From: an uncultured Gemmatimonadota bacterium
GTDB lineage: Bacteria; Gemmatimonadota; Gemmatimonadetes; Palauibacterales; Palauibacteraceae
Length of the DNA stretch: 64,000 nt
NCBI GenBank assembly: GCA_964607465.1
Contig: CAZSKS010000006.1
Coordinates: 5,773 to 69,772 of the forward strand
Reading direction: 5' to 3'
Part shown: piece after piece, positions 44,152 to 52,367 of the stretch
Numbering within the stretch: position 1 is the stretch's first letter
How the letters are laid out: every line of letters starts with the position of its first letter
Made by a program: the position numbers and the translations under genes
Notes under the pieces: generated by a model
What the model saw: only the letters and a program-made list of their open reading frames with translations
Databases searched by the model: none
Told to the model about the DNA's origin: nothing

Positions 44152-44969
44152 CGGGCCCGGGCGCGACGCGGCCGGGAGGGGGAGGCGGGTCCCCCGGGAA
44201 CGCGACGGGGGAGGGCGAGGGGGCCGTGCCGCCGGAGGAGCGCGGCCGCGGCGAGGGACGGGCCCTGGTCATCATGCCCACCTACAACGAGGTCGAGAAC
44301 CTGGGGAAGATCGTCCCCGAGGTGCTGAACCGGGACCGGAGGATCGACGTCCTGGTGGTGGACGACGGCTCCCCGGACGGCACCGGCGAGCTCGCCGACG
44401 AGATCGCCTCGCGCGAGGAGCGGGTCCGGGTGCTGCATCGGGGCGGGAAGCTGGGACTGGGGTCGGCGTACCTGACCGGCTTCCGCTGGGGGCTCGATCG
44501 GAGCTACCGGTGGCTCCTGGAGATGGACGCGGACTTCTCACACGACCCCGAGTTCCTGCCGGACCTCCTGGAGGCCGTGCGGGAAGCCCACGTGGTGGCC
44601 GGGTCCCGCTACCTGAAGGGGGTGAACGTCGTCAACTGGCCCATGTCCCGTCTCCTCCTCAGCTACTACGCGAACAAGTACGCCCGATGGGTCACCGGAC
44701 TCCCGGTGACGGACGCCACCAGCGGCTTCAAGTGCTTCCGCCGGGAGGTCCTCGAGGCCATCGACTTCTCGCGCGTCACCTCTACCGGCTACGCCTTCCA
44801 GATCGAGATGAGCTTCCGGGCCTGGAAGAAGGGGTTCCGGGTGAAGGAGGTACCCATCGTTTTCGTCGACCGGGACGTCGGAGAGAGCAAGATGTCCGGT
44901 GCCATCGTCCGGGAAGCGGTGTGGAAGGTGTGGGCCCTGAGGCTGAAATCGCTCCTGGGACGCCTCTGA
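44148..44969 (+). CDS. Polyprenol-monophosphomannose synthase (Ppm1/DPM1-type GT2)
   Basis: ATG overlaps the upstream stop (ATGA). LVIMPTYNEVENL, LVVDDGSPDGT, EMDADFSHDP and TDATSGFKCFRREVLE are strongly DPM1/Ppm1-like. No TM helix. Confidence 0.85.
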   Translation: MTGPGATRPGGGGGSPGNATGEGEGAVPPEERGRGEGRALVIMPTYNEVENLGKIVPEVLNRDRRIDVLVVDDGSPDGTGELADEIASREERVRVLHRGGKLGLGSAYLTGFRWGLDRSYRWLLEMDADFSHDPEFLPDLLEAVREAHVVAGSRYLKGVNVVNWPMSRLLLSYYANKYARWVTGLPVTDATSGFKCFRREVLEAIDFSRVTSTGYAFQIEMSFRAWKKGFRVKEVPIVFVDRDVGESKMSGAIVREAVWKVWALRLKSLLGRL

Positions 44970-45140
44970 GGGCGGATCTCCGATGGTTCGAGCGGAAAGC
45001 CGGGCGTTCTGAAGGCGGAATCCGGACCCGGAAAGCGTCTGAGCCGGGCGAGAGAGGGACGATGGGGGGTGGAATAGGGGATTGGAGCGGTGGGAGTCCG
45101 GCGGCCGAGAGGAGGAAAGAGAGCCGTGCTGCCGGCCGCT

Positions 45141-45168
45141 AGTTTACATAATGTATATTATGTGCCAT
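45141..45168. other. dif: Candidate dif site (XerC/XerD chromosome dimer resolution site)
   Basis: AGTTTACATAA-TGTATA-TTATGTGCCAT compared with E. coli dif GGTGCGCATAA-TGTATA-TTATGTTAAAT gives 21/28 identities, with a contiguous identical 17-mer CATAATGTATATTATGT (45147-45163). 7/28 G+C. Lies in the only convergent intergenic gap of the window. Confidence 0.75.
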
Positions 45169-45270
45169 GTGGACAACTCGGGGGAAAACCCACTATCGAG
45201 GCTCCTCTCCGGGCATCCTGTCGACATCCTGCGGGCCGCCGCACCCCGGCAGCCCACCTGAGAGCTCCGC

Positions 45271-46032
45271 TCAGCCGCCCGCCGCCGTGTCCCTCGCCGA
45301 CGTGGCCGCGTTCCCTCCGTCGGTGGCCAGACGGGCCTCTACTTCCCCGAGCCGCACGGCGTAGAGCTCGCCCGCCTCCGTGCCCGACGCCTCTTCGGCC
45401 AGCCGCCGGTAGATGTCCCGAGCCTCCTCGAGGCGGCCCGTCGCGGCCAGCAGCGACGCCTTGTCGGCTGCGGCGTCGCGACGCTGGAACGAGAAGCGCG
45501 CCTCCTGCGCCAGCCCGTCGAGGGTCGTGATCGCCGCCGCGCTGTCCCCCGCCGCCGTCTGGGCGTCCGCCAGGAGCGACCGGGCAGCGAAACCGGTGGG
45601 CGTGTCGGGACGGGTGCCGTCGACCACGGGCCGGATGGCCTCCACGGCCTGCGAGGGGCGTCTCTCGCCGATCTGCTGTCGTGCCAGGAGGATCCGGGCC
45701 TCCCGGGCGGACGACGTGCCGTCGAAGCGCTGCAGGAAGGCCTGCAGGCTGTCCGTCACGGCGAGGGCCGGAGCCCCCTGCCGGGCCTGCTGGGCGATCC
45801 GGGTCTGGAGCGTCGAGAGCTCCGCCGAGGCCCGTTCCTCCAGGTTCTGCTGATAGCTGCGCCAGTAGAGGGCCCCGCCCACGGCCACGACGACGAGCAC
45901 CGTGACGAGGACCAGCACCCCGGTGTTCGCCTGTGCCCAGGCGATGAATCGGTTCAGGGCGCGTATGAACGCGTCCTCGTGGTCCGAGGGTCCGGACGGC
46001 CCCTTCCCGGGTCGTGCTACAGCCCCCGGCAT
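45271..46032 (-). CDS. YfgM-like membrane-anchored TPR-like protein (UPF0070)
   Basis: ATG 46032 is preceded by a GGGAGGGGGG Shine-Dalgarno (an upstream TTG 46059 is possible). One TM helix VLVLVTVLVVVAVGGALYW followed by a helical TPR-like domain, as in E. coli YfgM. Confidence 0.65.
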   Translation of the reverse strand: MPGAVARPGKGPSGPSDHEDAFIRALNRFIAWAQANTGVLVLVTVLVVVAVGGALYWRSYQQNLEERASAELSTLQTRIAQQARQGAPALAVTDSLQAFLQRFDGTSSAREARILLARQQIGERRPSQAVEAIRPVVDGTRPDTPTGFAARSLLADAQTAAGDSAAAITTLDGLAQEARFSFQRRDAAADKASLLAATGRLEEARDIYRRLAEEASGTEAGELYAVRLGEVEARLATDGGNAATSARDTAAGG

Positions 46033-46075
46033 CGCGCCCCCCTCCCGGTCCTCGTGCAAATTCGTAGATAGAAGA

Positions 46076-46720
46076 TCATATCGTAGCCAATGACAACAAG
46101 TTGTAGTCGCTAAGCGATTGTCGTCCGTTCAGCTCTTCCAGCTCCACCAGCACCGCCATGCCCGTGACCCGGGCCCCGACCTCCTCCAGGAGGCCGGCGG
46201 CCGCCCGGAGGGTCCCGCCGGTGGCGAGGAGATCGTCGACCAGGACGACCTCGCTCCCGGTCGGCACCGCGTCGACCTGGAGCTCCAGCTCGGCGGTGCC
46301 GTATTCCAGGTCGTAGCGGCGCGTGGCGGTCCGTCCGGGAAGCTTCCCCTCCTTGCGGATGGGAGCCAGCGGGACCCCCAGGCGGTCGGCCAGCGGCGCG
46401 CCCAGCAGGAAGCCCCGGGACTCCACGGCGGCGATCCAGCCCGCCCCCCATCCCTCCGCGGCCTCCGTCAGCCGGGCCAGCACCTCATCGTACAGGTCCG
46501 GATCCCCGAAGATCGGGAACACGTCCCGGAACCGGACCCCTTCCCGGGGGAAGTCGTCGTAGGCGCGCACGGCCGCCGCGATCCGGCCTCCCAGCTCGTC
46601 CGCCGCCGGCTCCGGGGCCGGCACGTAGACGGTCGACGTCCAGGACCCGGACCCGGCGGGTGGCGCGGGATCGTCCCCGTCGGGACGGGGAACGTAGGGT
46701 CCGGAGGCTCGCCAGCTCAC
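46076..46720 (-). CDS. apt: Adenine phosphoribosyltransferase (N-terminal extension uncertain)
   Basis: PRPP motif VVLVDDLLATGGT and DFPREGVRFRDVFPIF. GTG 46720 has an AAGGGAAGG Shine-Dalgarno. GTG 46624 would give the canonical ~183 aa. The ORF is open to TTG 46822. Confidence 0.88.
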   Translation of the reverse strand: MSWRASGPYVPRPDGDDPAPPAGSGSWTSTVYVPAPEPAADELGGRIAAAVRAYDDFPREGVRFRDVFPIFGDPDLYDEVLARLTEAAEGWGAGWIAAVESRGFLLGAPLADRLGVPLAPIRKEGKLPGRTATRRYDLEYGTAELELQVDAVPTGSEVVLVDDLLATGGTLRAAAGLLEEVGARVTGMAVLVELEELNGRQSLSDYNLLSLATI

Positions 46721-46856
46721 GCGCCTTCCCTTCGTGGGTTCCGAGTCTCCGGCCGCCGGGATCCACACCTTCCGGTCGGAGCGGCGATCGGCCCGGCCTC
46801 GACCGGGACGAAGCGGGGACAAACGTACCCGGCCCGCGCGCGGTGCGCCAACCGGC

Positions 46857-47477
46857 TCAGAGGACCCACCGGAGCACCACGAACCCTCCGATGACCAGGA
46901 GAGCCAGGAGGAGGCTCAGGAGGTTGAACCAGCGCTCGATGAAGTCCCGTACCTGGCGGCCGAAGAGCCGGAGGAGCCCGGCCACCAGGAAGAAACGGGC
47001 TCCCCGGCTGACCGCCGAGATCACAAGGAAGGCCGGGAGGGAGACGCTGAAGCCGCCCGCGGCGATGGTGAAGACCTTGTAGGGAATCGGGGTGAAACCG
47101 GCGGCTCCGAGGGCGACGACCAGGTTCTGGCGATACAGCTCCCCGACCCTCGCGTAGACGTCGTGGTATCCGTACAGGTCCAGGATCCACACCCCCACCG
47201 AACGGTACAGGGCCGCACCCACCCAGTACCCCAGGACGCCTCCCATCACCGAGCCCAGGGTGCACAGGGCCGCGAACCGGAGGGCCCGACGCGGCTTGCC
47301 GAGGGCCATGGGAATGAGCAGGACGTCGGGCGGGACCGGGAAGAACACCGATTCGGCCGCGGCCAGCCCGAACAGGGCGGCCGGCCCGCCCGGCCGGTCG
47401 GCCCACGAGAGGACCCAGTCGTAGAGCCGCCGGACCGGGTTCGGCCGCGAGCCGTCGGCTCCCTCCCCCGTCCTCAC
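46857..47477 (-). CDS. YqaA/DedA-superfamily membrane protein
   Basis: GTG 47477 overlaps the pcm stop (GTGA). AAAESVFFPVPPDVLLIPMAL and TPIPYKVFTIAAG motifs. The longer ORF to 47699 would lie inside pcm. Confidence 0.7.
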   Translation of the reverse strand: MRTGEGADGSRPNPVRRLYDWVLSWADRPGGPAALFGLAAAESVFFPVPPDVLLIPMALGKPRRALRFAALCTLGSVMGGVLGYWVGAALYRSVGVWILDLYGYHDVYARVGELYRQNLVVALGAAGFTPIPYKVFTIAAGGFSVSLPAFLVISAVSRGARFFLVAGLLRLFGRQVRDFIERWFNLLSLLLALLVIGGFVVLRWVL

Positions 47478-48118
47478 CAGCCGTCCTCCCCCAGCAGGGG
47501 GACGAACCGCGCCGCCTCCACCGTCTCCCGCTCCCAGGAGCCGTCGCCGCGGACGAGGCGGAGCAGCTCCTGGCCCCGCTCGTCCCCCACGGGCAGGAGG
47601 AGCCGTCCCCCCTCGGCGAGCTGACGGCGCAGCGCGTCCGGTACCTCGGGGGCCGCCGCACCCACCAGGATGACGTCGAACGGTGCCTCCTCGGGCCATC
47701 CCCGGCTCCCGTCCCCGATCCGCACGCTGACGCCCTCCACCTCCAGCTCGGCCAGCGTCCGGTACGCCCGCTCCGCCAGCTCGGAGACCCGCTCGACGGA
47801 GTACACTTCCGCACAGAGACGTGCCAGCAGCGCCGTCTGGTAGCCCGATCCCGTCCCCACTTCCAGGACGCGCTCCCCGCCCTGCAGCCGGGCCAGGCTC
47901 AGGTGCAGCGCGTGGACGGCGGGTCGCGAGATCGTCTGGCCGTGACCCAGCGGGAGGGCCGTGTCCTCGTAGGCCCGGTGGCGCACGCCTTCGGGGACGA
48001 AGAGGTGGCGAGGGACGTCGTCGAACGCATGGAGAACGGCGAGGTCTTCGATCCCGCCCGCCCGGAGCTTCTCCACGAGGCGCCGCCGGTCGCGTCGATA
48101 GTCCTCCGGCGCGCTCAC
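47474..48118 (-). CDS. pcm: Protein-L-isoaspartate O-methyltransferase
   Basis: VPRHLFVPE, GHGQTISRP and VLEVGTGSGYQTA motifs. GTG overlaps the surE stop. Confidence 0.93.
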   Translation of the reverse strand: MSAPEDYRRDRRRLVEKLRAGGIEDLAVLHAFDDVPRHLFVPEGVRHRAYEDTALPLGHGQTISRPAVHALHLSLARLQGGERVLEVGTGSGYQTALLARLCAEVYSVERVSELAERAYRTLAELEVEGVSVRIGDGSRGWPEEAPFDVILVGAAAPEVPDALRRQLAEGGRLLLPVGDERGQELLRLVRGDGSWERETVEAARFVPLLGEDGW

Positions 48119-48915
48119 CCGCCGGTCTCCAGGTCCCAGGACCGGATCCGTTCCATGAGCTCGAAGTTCGTCAGGTCCAGGTGCAGGGGGGTGACCGACA
48201 CGTAGCCGGCCTCGATCGCCCGGAAGTCCGAGTCCTCGCGGCCCGACCAGTGGGACTGGCCTCCACCGATCCAGTAGTACTCCCGGCCCTGCGGGTCCTG
48301 GCTCCGGGTCAGCGAATCCGAATAGACGCGCCGGCCGAGCGCCGTGACCCGCACTCCCTGGACCCGTTCCGGATCGACGTCGGGAAGGTTCACGTTGAAG
48401 AAGGTCTCCTCCGGAAAGCCGTCCCGGCGCAGGAGGGATCCGAGGAGGGACCGGAGGCGGGGGGCGTACCCGTCGAGCCCCTCGTCGCGCTGTCCGACGA
48501 AGGAGACGGCGATGGACGGGATTCCGAGGATGGTGGCCTCCATGGCGGCGGCGACCGTACCGGAGTACAGGACGTCCTCGCCCATGTTCGGGCCGTGATT
48601 CACACCGGAGAGGACGAAATCCGGCGGTTCCGACAGGAGCCTGCGGACGGCCAGGAGGACGCAGTCGGTGGGCGTGCCGTCCACCACGTACCGGCCCTCC
48701 CCGACCCGGCTGGTGCGCAGGGGCCGGTGCATGGTGAGGGAGTGGCTGCTGGCGCTCTGCTGCCGGTCCGGGGCCACGACCACGATATCGCCGAGGCCGC
48801 GAGCCGATTCGGTGAGGAGCGAGAGCCCCCGGGCGTGGATGCCGTCGTCGTTGGTGACCAGGAACCGGAGCGGACGCTCGTCGGAGCCCTTCCCTGGCGT
48901 CTCCGCCGGGCTCAT
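48115..48915 (-). CDS. surE: 5'/3'-nucleotidase SurE
   Basis: LVTNDDGIHARGL N-terminal motif and SGVNHGPNMGEDVLYSGTVAAAMEA. surE-pcm synteny as in E. coli. Confidence 0.93.
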   Translation of the reverse strand: MSPAETPGKGSDERPLRFLVTNDDGIHARGLSLLTESARGLGDIVVVAPDRQQSASSHSLTMHRPLRTSRVGEGRYVVDGTPTDCVLLAVRRLLSEPPDFVLSGVNHGPNMGEDVLYSGTVAAAMEATILGIPSIAVSFVGQRDEGLDGYAPRLRSLLGSLLRRDGFPEETFFNVNLPDVDPERVQGVRVTALGRRVYSDSLTRSQDPQGREYYWIGGGQSHWSGREDSDFRAIEAGYVSVTPLHLDLTNFELMERIRSWDLETGG

Positions 48916-49271
48916 CCGTCGAGGGTCAGGAGCTCCACCAGCTCATCCGCCTCTTGCCGGAGGTCGCGGATCGTGTGGCGGTCCCAGGCCACCCGGGACG
49001 CCCGGGCGAGCTTCCCGTCCCTGCGCAGCTGATCGAGCTTCTCGGCGGCCCCCTCGATGGTGTACTTCTCGGTGTAGAGGAGGTGGCGGAGGAGCTGAAT
49101 CAGCTTGATCTCCTTGCGCCGGTAGACCCGGTTTCCAGCCTGGTTCTTCGAGGGATTCAGGGGCGAGAACTGGGTCTCCCAGTATCGGAGCACGTGCGGC
49201 TTGAGCCCCGTGATCTCGCACACGTCCCCGATGGAGTAGTATTCCTTCGGTGCGATCCGGTCGTCCGCCAC
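48912..49271 (-). CDS. MerR-family transcriptional regulator
   Basis: 119 aa. The N-terminal HTH YYSIGDVCEITGLKPHVLRYWETQF is the MerR-type signature. GTG start 1 nt after the gpsA stop. The stop overlaps the surE start (ATGA). Confidence 0.8.
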   Translation of the reverse strand: MADDRIAPKEYYSIGDVCEITGLKPHVLRYWETQFSPLNPSKNQAGNRVYRRKEIKLIQLLRHLLYTEKYTIEGAAEKLDQLRRDGKLARASRVAWDRHTIRDLRQEADELVELLTLDG

Positions 49272-49272
49272 G

Positions 49273-50286
49273 TCAGCTCCAGCGCTCCGGCTTCGGGTCT
49301 CGGGCCATGAGCTCCGCGAGGGCCTCCCGGGGCTCGACCTCCTCGAACAGGATGGAGTATATCGCCTGGACGATGGGCATCTCCACCCCGTGCTGCCGTG
49401 ACAGGTCCCTGGCGGCCCGGGTCGTGGGCACCCCCTCCACCACCTCCTGCACCTCCTGGAGGGCCTCGTCCCGGCTGGCTCCCCTGCCGATCGCCAGGCC
49501 GGCCCGGCGATTTCGGCTCAGATCGCTCGTGCAGGTCAGGATCAGATCCCCCGTCCCGGCCAGGCCCGACAGCGTCGTCTCCCGCCCCCCCAGCTCCACC
49601 GTGAGCCGCGCCAGCTCCGCCAATCCCCGGGTGATGAGGGCGGCCCGGGCGTTGTTGCCCAGCTCCAGGCCGTCGCTGATCCCCGCCGCCAGGGCGATGA
49701 CGTTCTTGAGGGAGCCGCCGAGCTCGGTGCCGATCACGTCTCCCTGCGTGTACACCCGGAAGTGCTCGTTCTGGAAGAGCTCCTGGCAGCTGCGGGCCGC
49801 CCGGTCATCCTCCGCGGCCGCGGCCACGGCGGTGGGGAGGCCGCGCACCAGCTCGTCCGCGAAGCTCGGGCCGGACAGCACGACGGGACCCCGGAAGGGG
49901 ACGCCGTCCAGCGTATCCTCCAGCACCTGGCTCATGCGGAGGCCGGTCTCGATCTCGATCCCCTTGGACCCGCTCACCAGCAGGGGCCGCTCCGGAAAGC
50001 TCGACGCCGCCTCCCGGAAGACCTCCCGGACCGCGTGCGAGGGGGTCGCCGAGACCACCACCTCCGCACCCTCGAGGGCCCGGTGCATCTCCCCGCTGGC
50101 GTCGAGCGACGGCGCCAGCTCGATCCCCCGGAGATACTTCTCGTTGGTGCCCCGGGAGCGGATCTCCTCGGCCACCGCCGGATCGTGGGCCCACACGGTG
50201 ACGGCGTGGCCGTTCCGGACCAGCACGTGCCCCAGGGCCGTGCCCCAGCTCCCGCCACCGAGGATGCAGACGCTGCGCGGGCTCAT
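49273..50286 (-). CDS. gpsA: NAD(P)H-dependent glycerol-3-phosphate dehydrogenase
   Basis: ILGGGSWGTALG Rossmann motif and GSLKNVIALAAG. Confidence 0.93.
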   Translation of the reverse strand: MSPRSVCILGGGSWGTALGHVLVRNGHAVTVWAHDPAVAEEIRSRGTNEKYLRGIELAPSLDASGEMHRALEGAEVVVSATPSHAVREVFREAASSFPERPLLVSGSKGIEIETGLRMSQVLEDTLDGVPFRGPVVLSGPSFADELVRGLPTAVAAAAEDDRAARSCQELFQNEHFRVYTQGDVIGTELGGSLKNVIALAAGISDGLELGNNARAALITRGLAELARLTVELGGRETTLSGLAGTGDLILTCTSDLSRNRRAGLAIGRGASRDEALQEVQEVVEGVPTTRAARDLSRQHGVEMPIVQAIYSILFEEVEPREALAELMARDPKPERWS

Positions 50287-50924
50287 GCTTCCCCTTTCTC
50301 CTCCCCCCGGACCGACGCGGCTCGAGACGAACGCTCGCGGCCGCCGAAGCTCAGCTCCTCTCCGCGGGCCAGCCGGCTGACGTTGTCACGGTGCGTCCAC
50401 CAGACGAACAGCGCCAGGGCGGCCGTGAACCCGACGGTCTCCAGCGGGGCGTCCAGGAGCCAGGCGAGCACCGGCAGCCCCGTGGCCGCCGTCAGCGAGG
50501 CCATGGAGACCGTGCGGGTGAGGAGGACCATCCCTCCCCACACCAGCGCGCCGGCCGCCGTGGCCACCGGGGCCAGCGCCAGCAGGACACCGGCGGAGGT
50601 CGCCACGCCCTTGCCTCCCCGGAACCGGAGGAAGATCGACCACACGTGGCCACCGATGGCCGCCACGCCGTAGGCGAGCGCCAGCTGGGGCGAGCCGGCG
50701 CCGTCCCACGCCGGGAACAGCCAGACCGGGACGAAGCCCTTCGCCACGTCGGCCACGATCACGGGGACCGCGTAACGCCAGCCCAGCACCCGGAAGACGT
50801 TCGTGCCCCCGAGGTTCCCGCTCCCCCGCTCGCCGAGGTCCACGCCGCCGGCCCTGCCGGCGAGCCAGCTGGAGGGGGTCGAGCCCAGCAGGTACGCGGC
50901 CGCCAGGAAGAGCGCGATCCTCAT
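50283..50924 (-). CDS. plsY: Glycerol-3-phosphate acyltransferase PlsY
   Basis: ATG 50924 overlaps the der stop (ATGA). SGNLGGTNVFR and FRGGKGVAT motifs. 213 aa. The upstream 180 codons of ORF 50283-51467 lie inside der and are rejected. Confidence 0.9.
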   Translation of the reverse strand: MRIALFLAAAYLLGSTPSSWLAGRAGGVDLGERGSGNLGGTNVFRVLGWRYAVPVIVADVAKGFVPVWLFPAWDGAGSPQLALAYGVAAIGGHVWSIFLRFRGGKGVATSAGVLLALAPVATAAGALVWGGMVLLTRTVSMASLTAATGLPVLAWLLDAPLETVGFTAALALFVWWTHRDNVSRLARGEELSFGGRERSSRAASVRGEEKGEA

Positions 50925-52285
50925 CCTCCGCTTCTCCCCCGCTCCCTGACCTTCATCCGGATCGGCGTCCCCTCGAAGTTCCAGCGCTCCCGGAACCCGT
51001 TCTCCAGATAGCGTAGGTAGTGCCCGGCGAGCTCGGAAGGCCGGTTGGCGAAGAGGACGAACAGGGGCGGCTCGACGGCCGCCTGGGTCCCATAGTAGAT
51101 CCTGACGTCCCCGCTGGTCCCCTGGGGGGGCTGCCGGCGAGCCAGCAGCTCCTGCAGGACCTCGTTCACCTCCGACGTGGGAACGCGTCGCCGGCGGTTC
51201 TCCTGCACCTCCAGGGCCAGCTCCAGCCCCTTCCGGACCCGTTTTCCGGTCAGGGCCGACGCCGTCAGGATGGGGACCCGCCGCAGGTAGGCGGCCCGCT
51301 CCCTCAGAGCCTCGGCGAAGCTGGCCACCACGTCCGGGCCCTGCTCGTCGACCAGGTCCCATTTGTTGGCGACGAACACCAGCCCACGCCCCTCCTCCCA
51401 CGCGTCCTGACCGATCCGGAAATCCTGGTTCGACGCCCCCTGCTGGCTGTCCACCAGGAGCAGACACACGTCCGCCCGTCGGATGGCAGCGCTGGCCCGG
51501 AGCCGGCTGTAGAACTCGACGTCGTCGTCCACCCTGGACTGGCGGCGCAGGCCCGCCGTGTCGATCAGGCAGATCGTGCGTCCCTCGAAGGAGAGGTAGG
51601 TGTCGATGGCGTCCCGGGTCGTGCCGGCCTCGTGGTGAACGACGACACGCTCCTCGCCCAGCAGCCGGTTGACGTAGCTCGACTTGCCCACGTTGGGCTT
51701 TCCGATGACGGCCAGGTGGAGGTCCGCGGCCGGCGCCTCGGACGGGCGCCGTCGCTCGGGCAGCTCCTCCACCAGCCGGTCGAGCAGGTCACCGCTACCC
51801 TTTCCGCTGAGGGCGGACACGGGAACGGGCTCGCCGAGGCCCAGACGGAAGAAGTCCAGGTGCGAGAAGTCGTCGGGAGGGTCGTCCACCTTGTTCACCG
51901 CCAGGACGACGGGTCGGCCGGACCGCCGCAGGAGATCCGCCACGTGCTCGTCCACCGGGTGGACGCCGGTGCGGGCGTCCACCACGTGAACGACGGCGTC
52001 GGCGCGCTGGATGGCCGCCATGACCTGGCGCCGGATCTCCTCGTCCATCGCCTGGTCGGGCTGGTGGACCAGGCCGCCGGTGTCCACGAGCATGAATTCC
52101 CGGCCGGCCCAGTCCGCCGGGGCGAACTGACGGTCACGCGTGACCCCGGAGCGCTCGGCCACGATGGCCAGGCGCCGTCCCAGGATCCGGTTGAAGAGCG
52201 TGGACTTGCCGACGTTGGGTCGACCCACGATCGCCACCACCGGGAGGCGGGCCGGGGCGTCCACGGGGGCGGATCCCGGCGTCAC
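50921..52285 (-). CDS. der: Ribosome-biogenesis GTPase Der (EngA)
   Basis: Two tandem G domains (GRPNVGKST.. DTGG; GKPNVGKSS.. DTAG) plus a KH-like C-terminus. Confidence 0.95.
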   Translation of the reverse strand: MTPGSAPVDAPARLPVVAIVGRPNVGKSTLFNRILGRRLAIVAERSGVTRDRQFAPADWAGREFMLVDTGGLVHQPDQAMDEEIRRQVMAAIQRADAVVHVVDARTGVHPVDEHVADLLRRSGRPVVLAVNKVDDPPDDFSHLDFFRLGLGEPVPVSALSGKGSGDLLDRLVEELPERRRPSEAPAADLHLAVIGKPNVGKSSYVNRLLGEERVVVHHEAGTTRDAIDTYLSFEGRTICLIDTAGLRRQSRVDDDVEFYSRLRASAAIRRADVCLLLVDSQQGASNQDFRIGQDAWEEGRGLVFVANKWDLVDEQGPDVVASFAEALRERAAYLRRVPILTASALTGKRVRKGLELALEVQENRRRRVPTSEVNEVLQELLARRQPPQGTSGDVRIYYGTQAAVEPPLFVLFANRPSELAGHYLRYLENGFRERWNFEGTPIRMKVRERGRSGG

Positions 52286-52367
52286 GGCTGGCGCGGGACC
52301 GCCCCGGGAGCGTCGGACGCGACGTCCTCCATCCGTCTCCCCCCCAGGTGGTCGCGGGCGCGGTTCG

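Noticed and set aside
44970-45140. Possible small RNA (SRP/6S-like) or integrated element remnant in the lower-GC 170 nt left of the dif-like site (contains CCGGAAAGC-type motifs and a GCCGGGCG direct repeat).
   Set aside because: I could not match the conserved SRP domain IV or any other known RNA signature. I found no convincing extended stem or promoter/terminator pair. It is left unannotated. A covariance-model scan (Rfam) would settle it.
45167-45364. 65-codon + strand ORF starting inside the dif-like element (and 45090-45530 +).
   Set aside because: It has no Shine-Dalgarno and a Pro/Ser/Ala-rich translation. It runs antisense into the YfgM-like gene and is more simply explained as non-coding terminus DNA.
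46721-46822. Longer apt reading frame starting at 46822.
   Set aside because: The first codon is TTG with no Shine-Dalgarno. It would add about 100 residues of Arg/Pro/Gly-rich sequence to a ~180-aa enzyme family. GTG 46720 has a good Shine-Dalgarno, but even that start is uncertain.
50925-51467. N-terminal extensions of listed ORFs, e.g. plsY as 394 aa. Similar cases are 9878-10048 (pmm), 12933-14264 (carbamate kinase), 21842-23029 (xerD), 24158-24601, 29137-29568 (kdsC), 30017-31093 (lptC), 37034-38686 (GT4), 38974-39948, 40425-40742, 60096-61025 (murJ), 61670-62371 (bshC) and 62885-63091 (rlmH).
   Set aside because: The extensions lie entirely inside the preceding gene in another frame and are Arg/Pro/Gly-rich. 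The recognisable protein family begins only at the internal ATG/GTG that abuts or overlaps the upstream stop.
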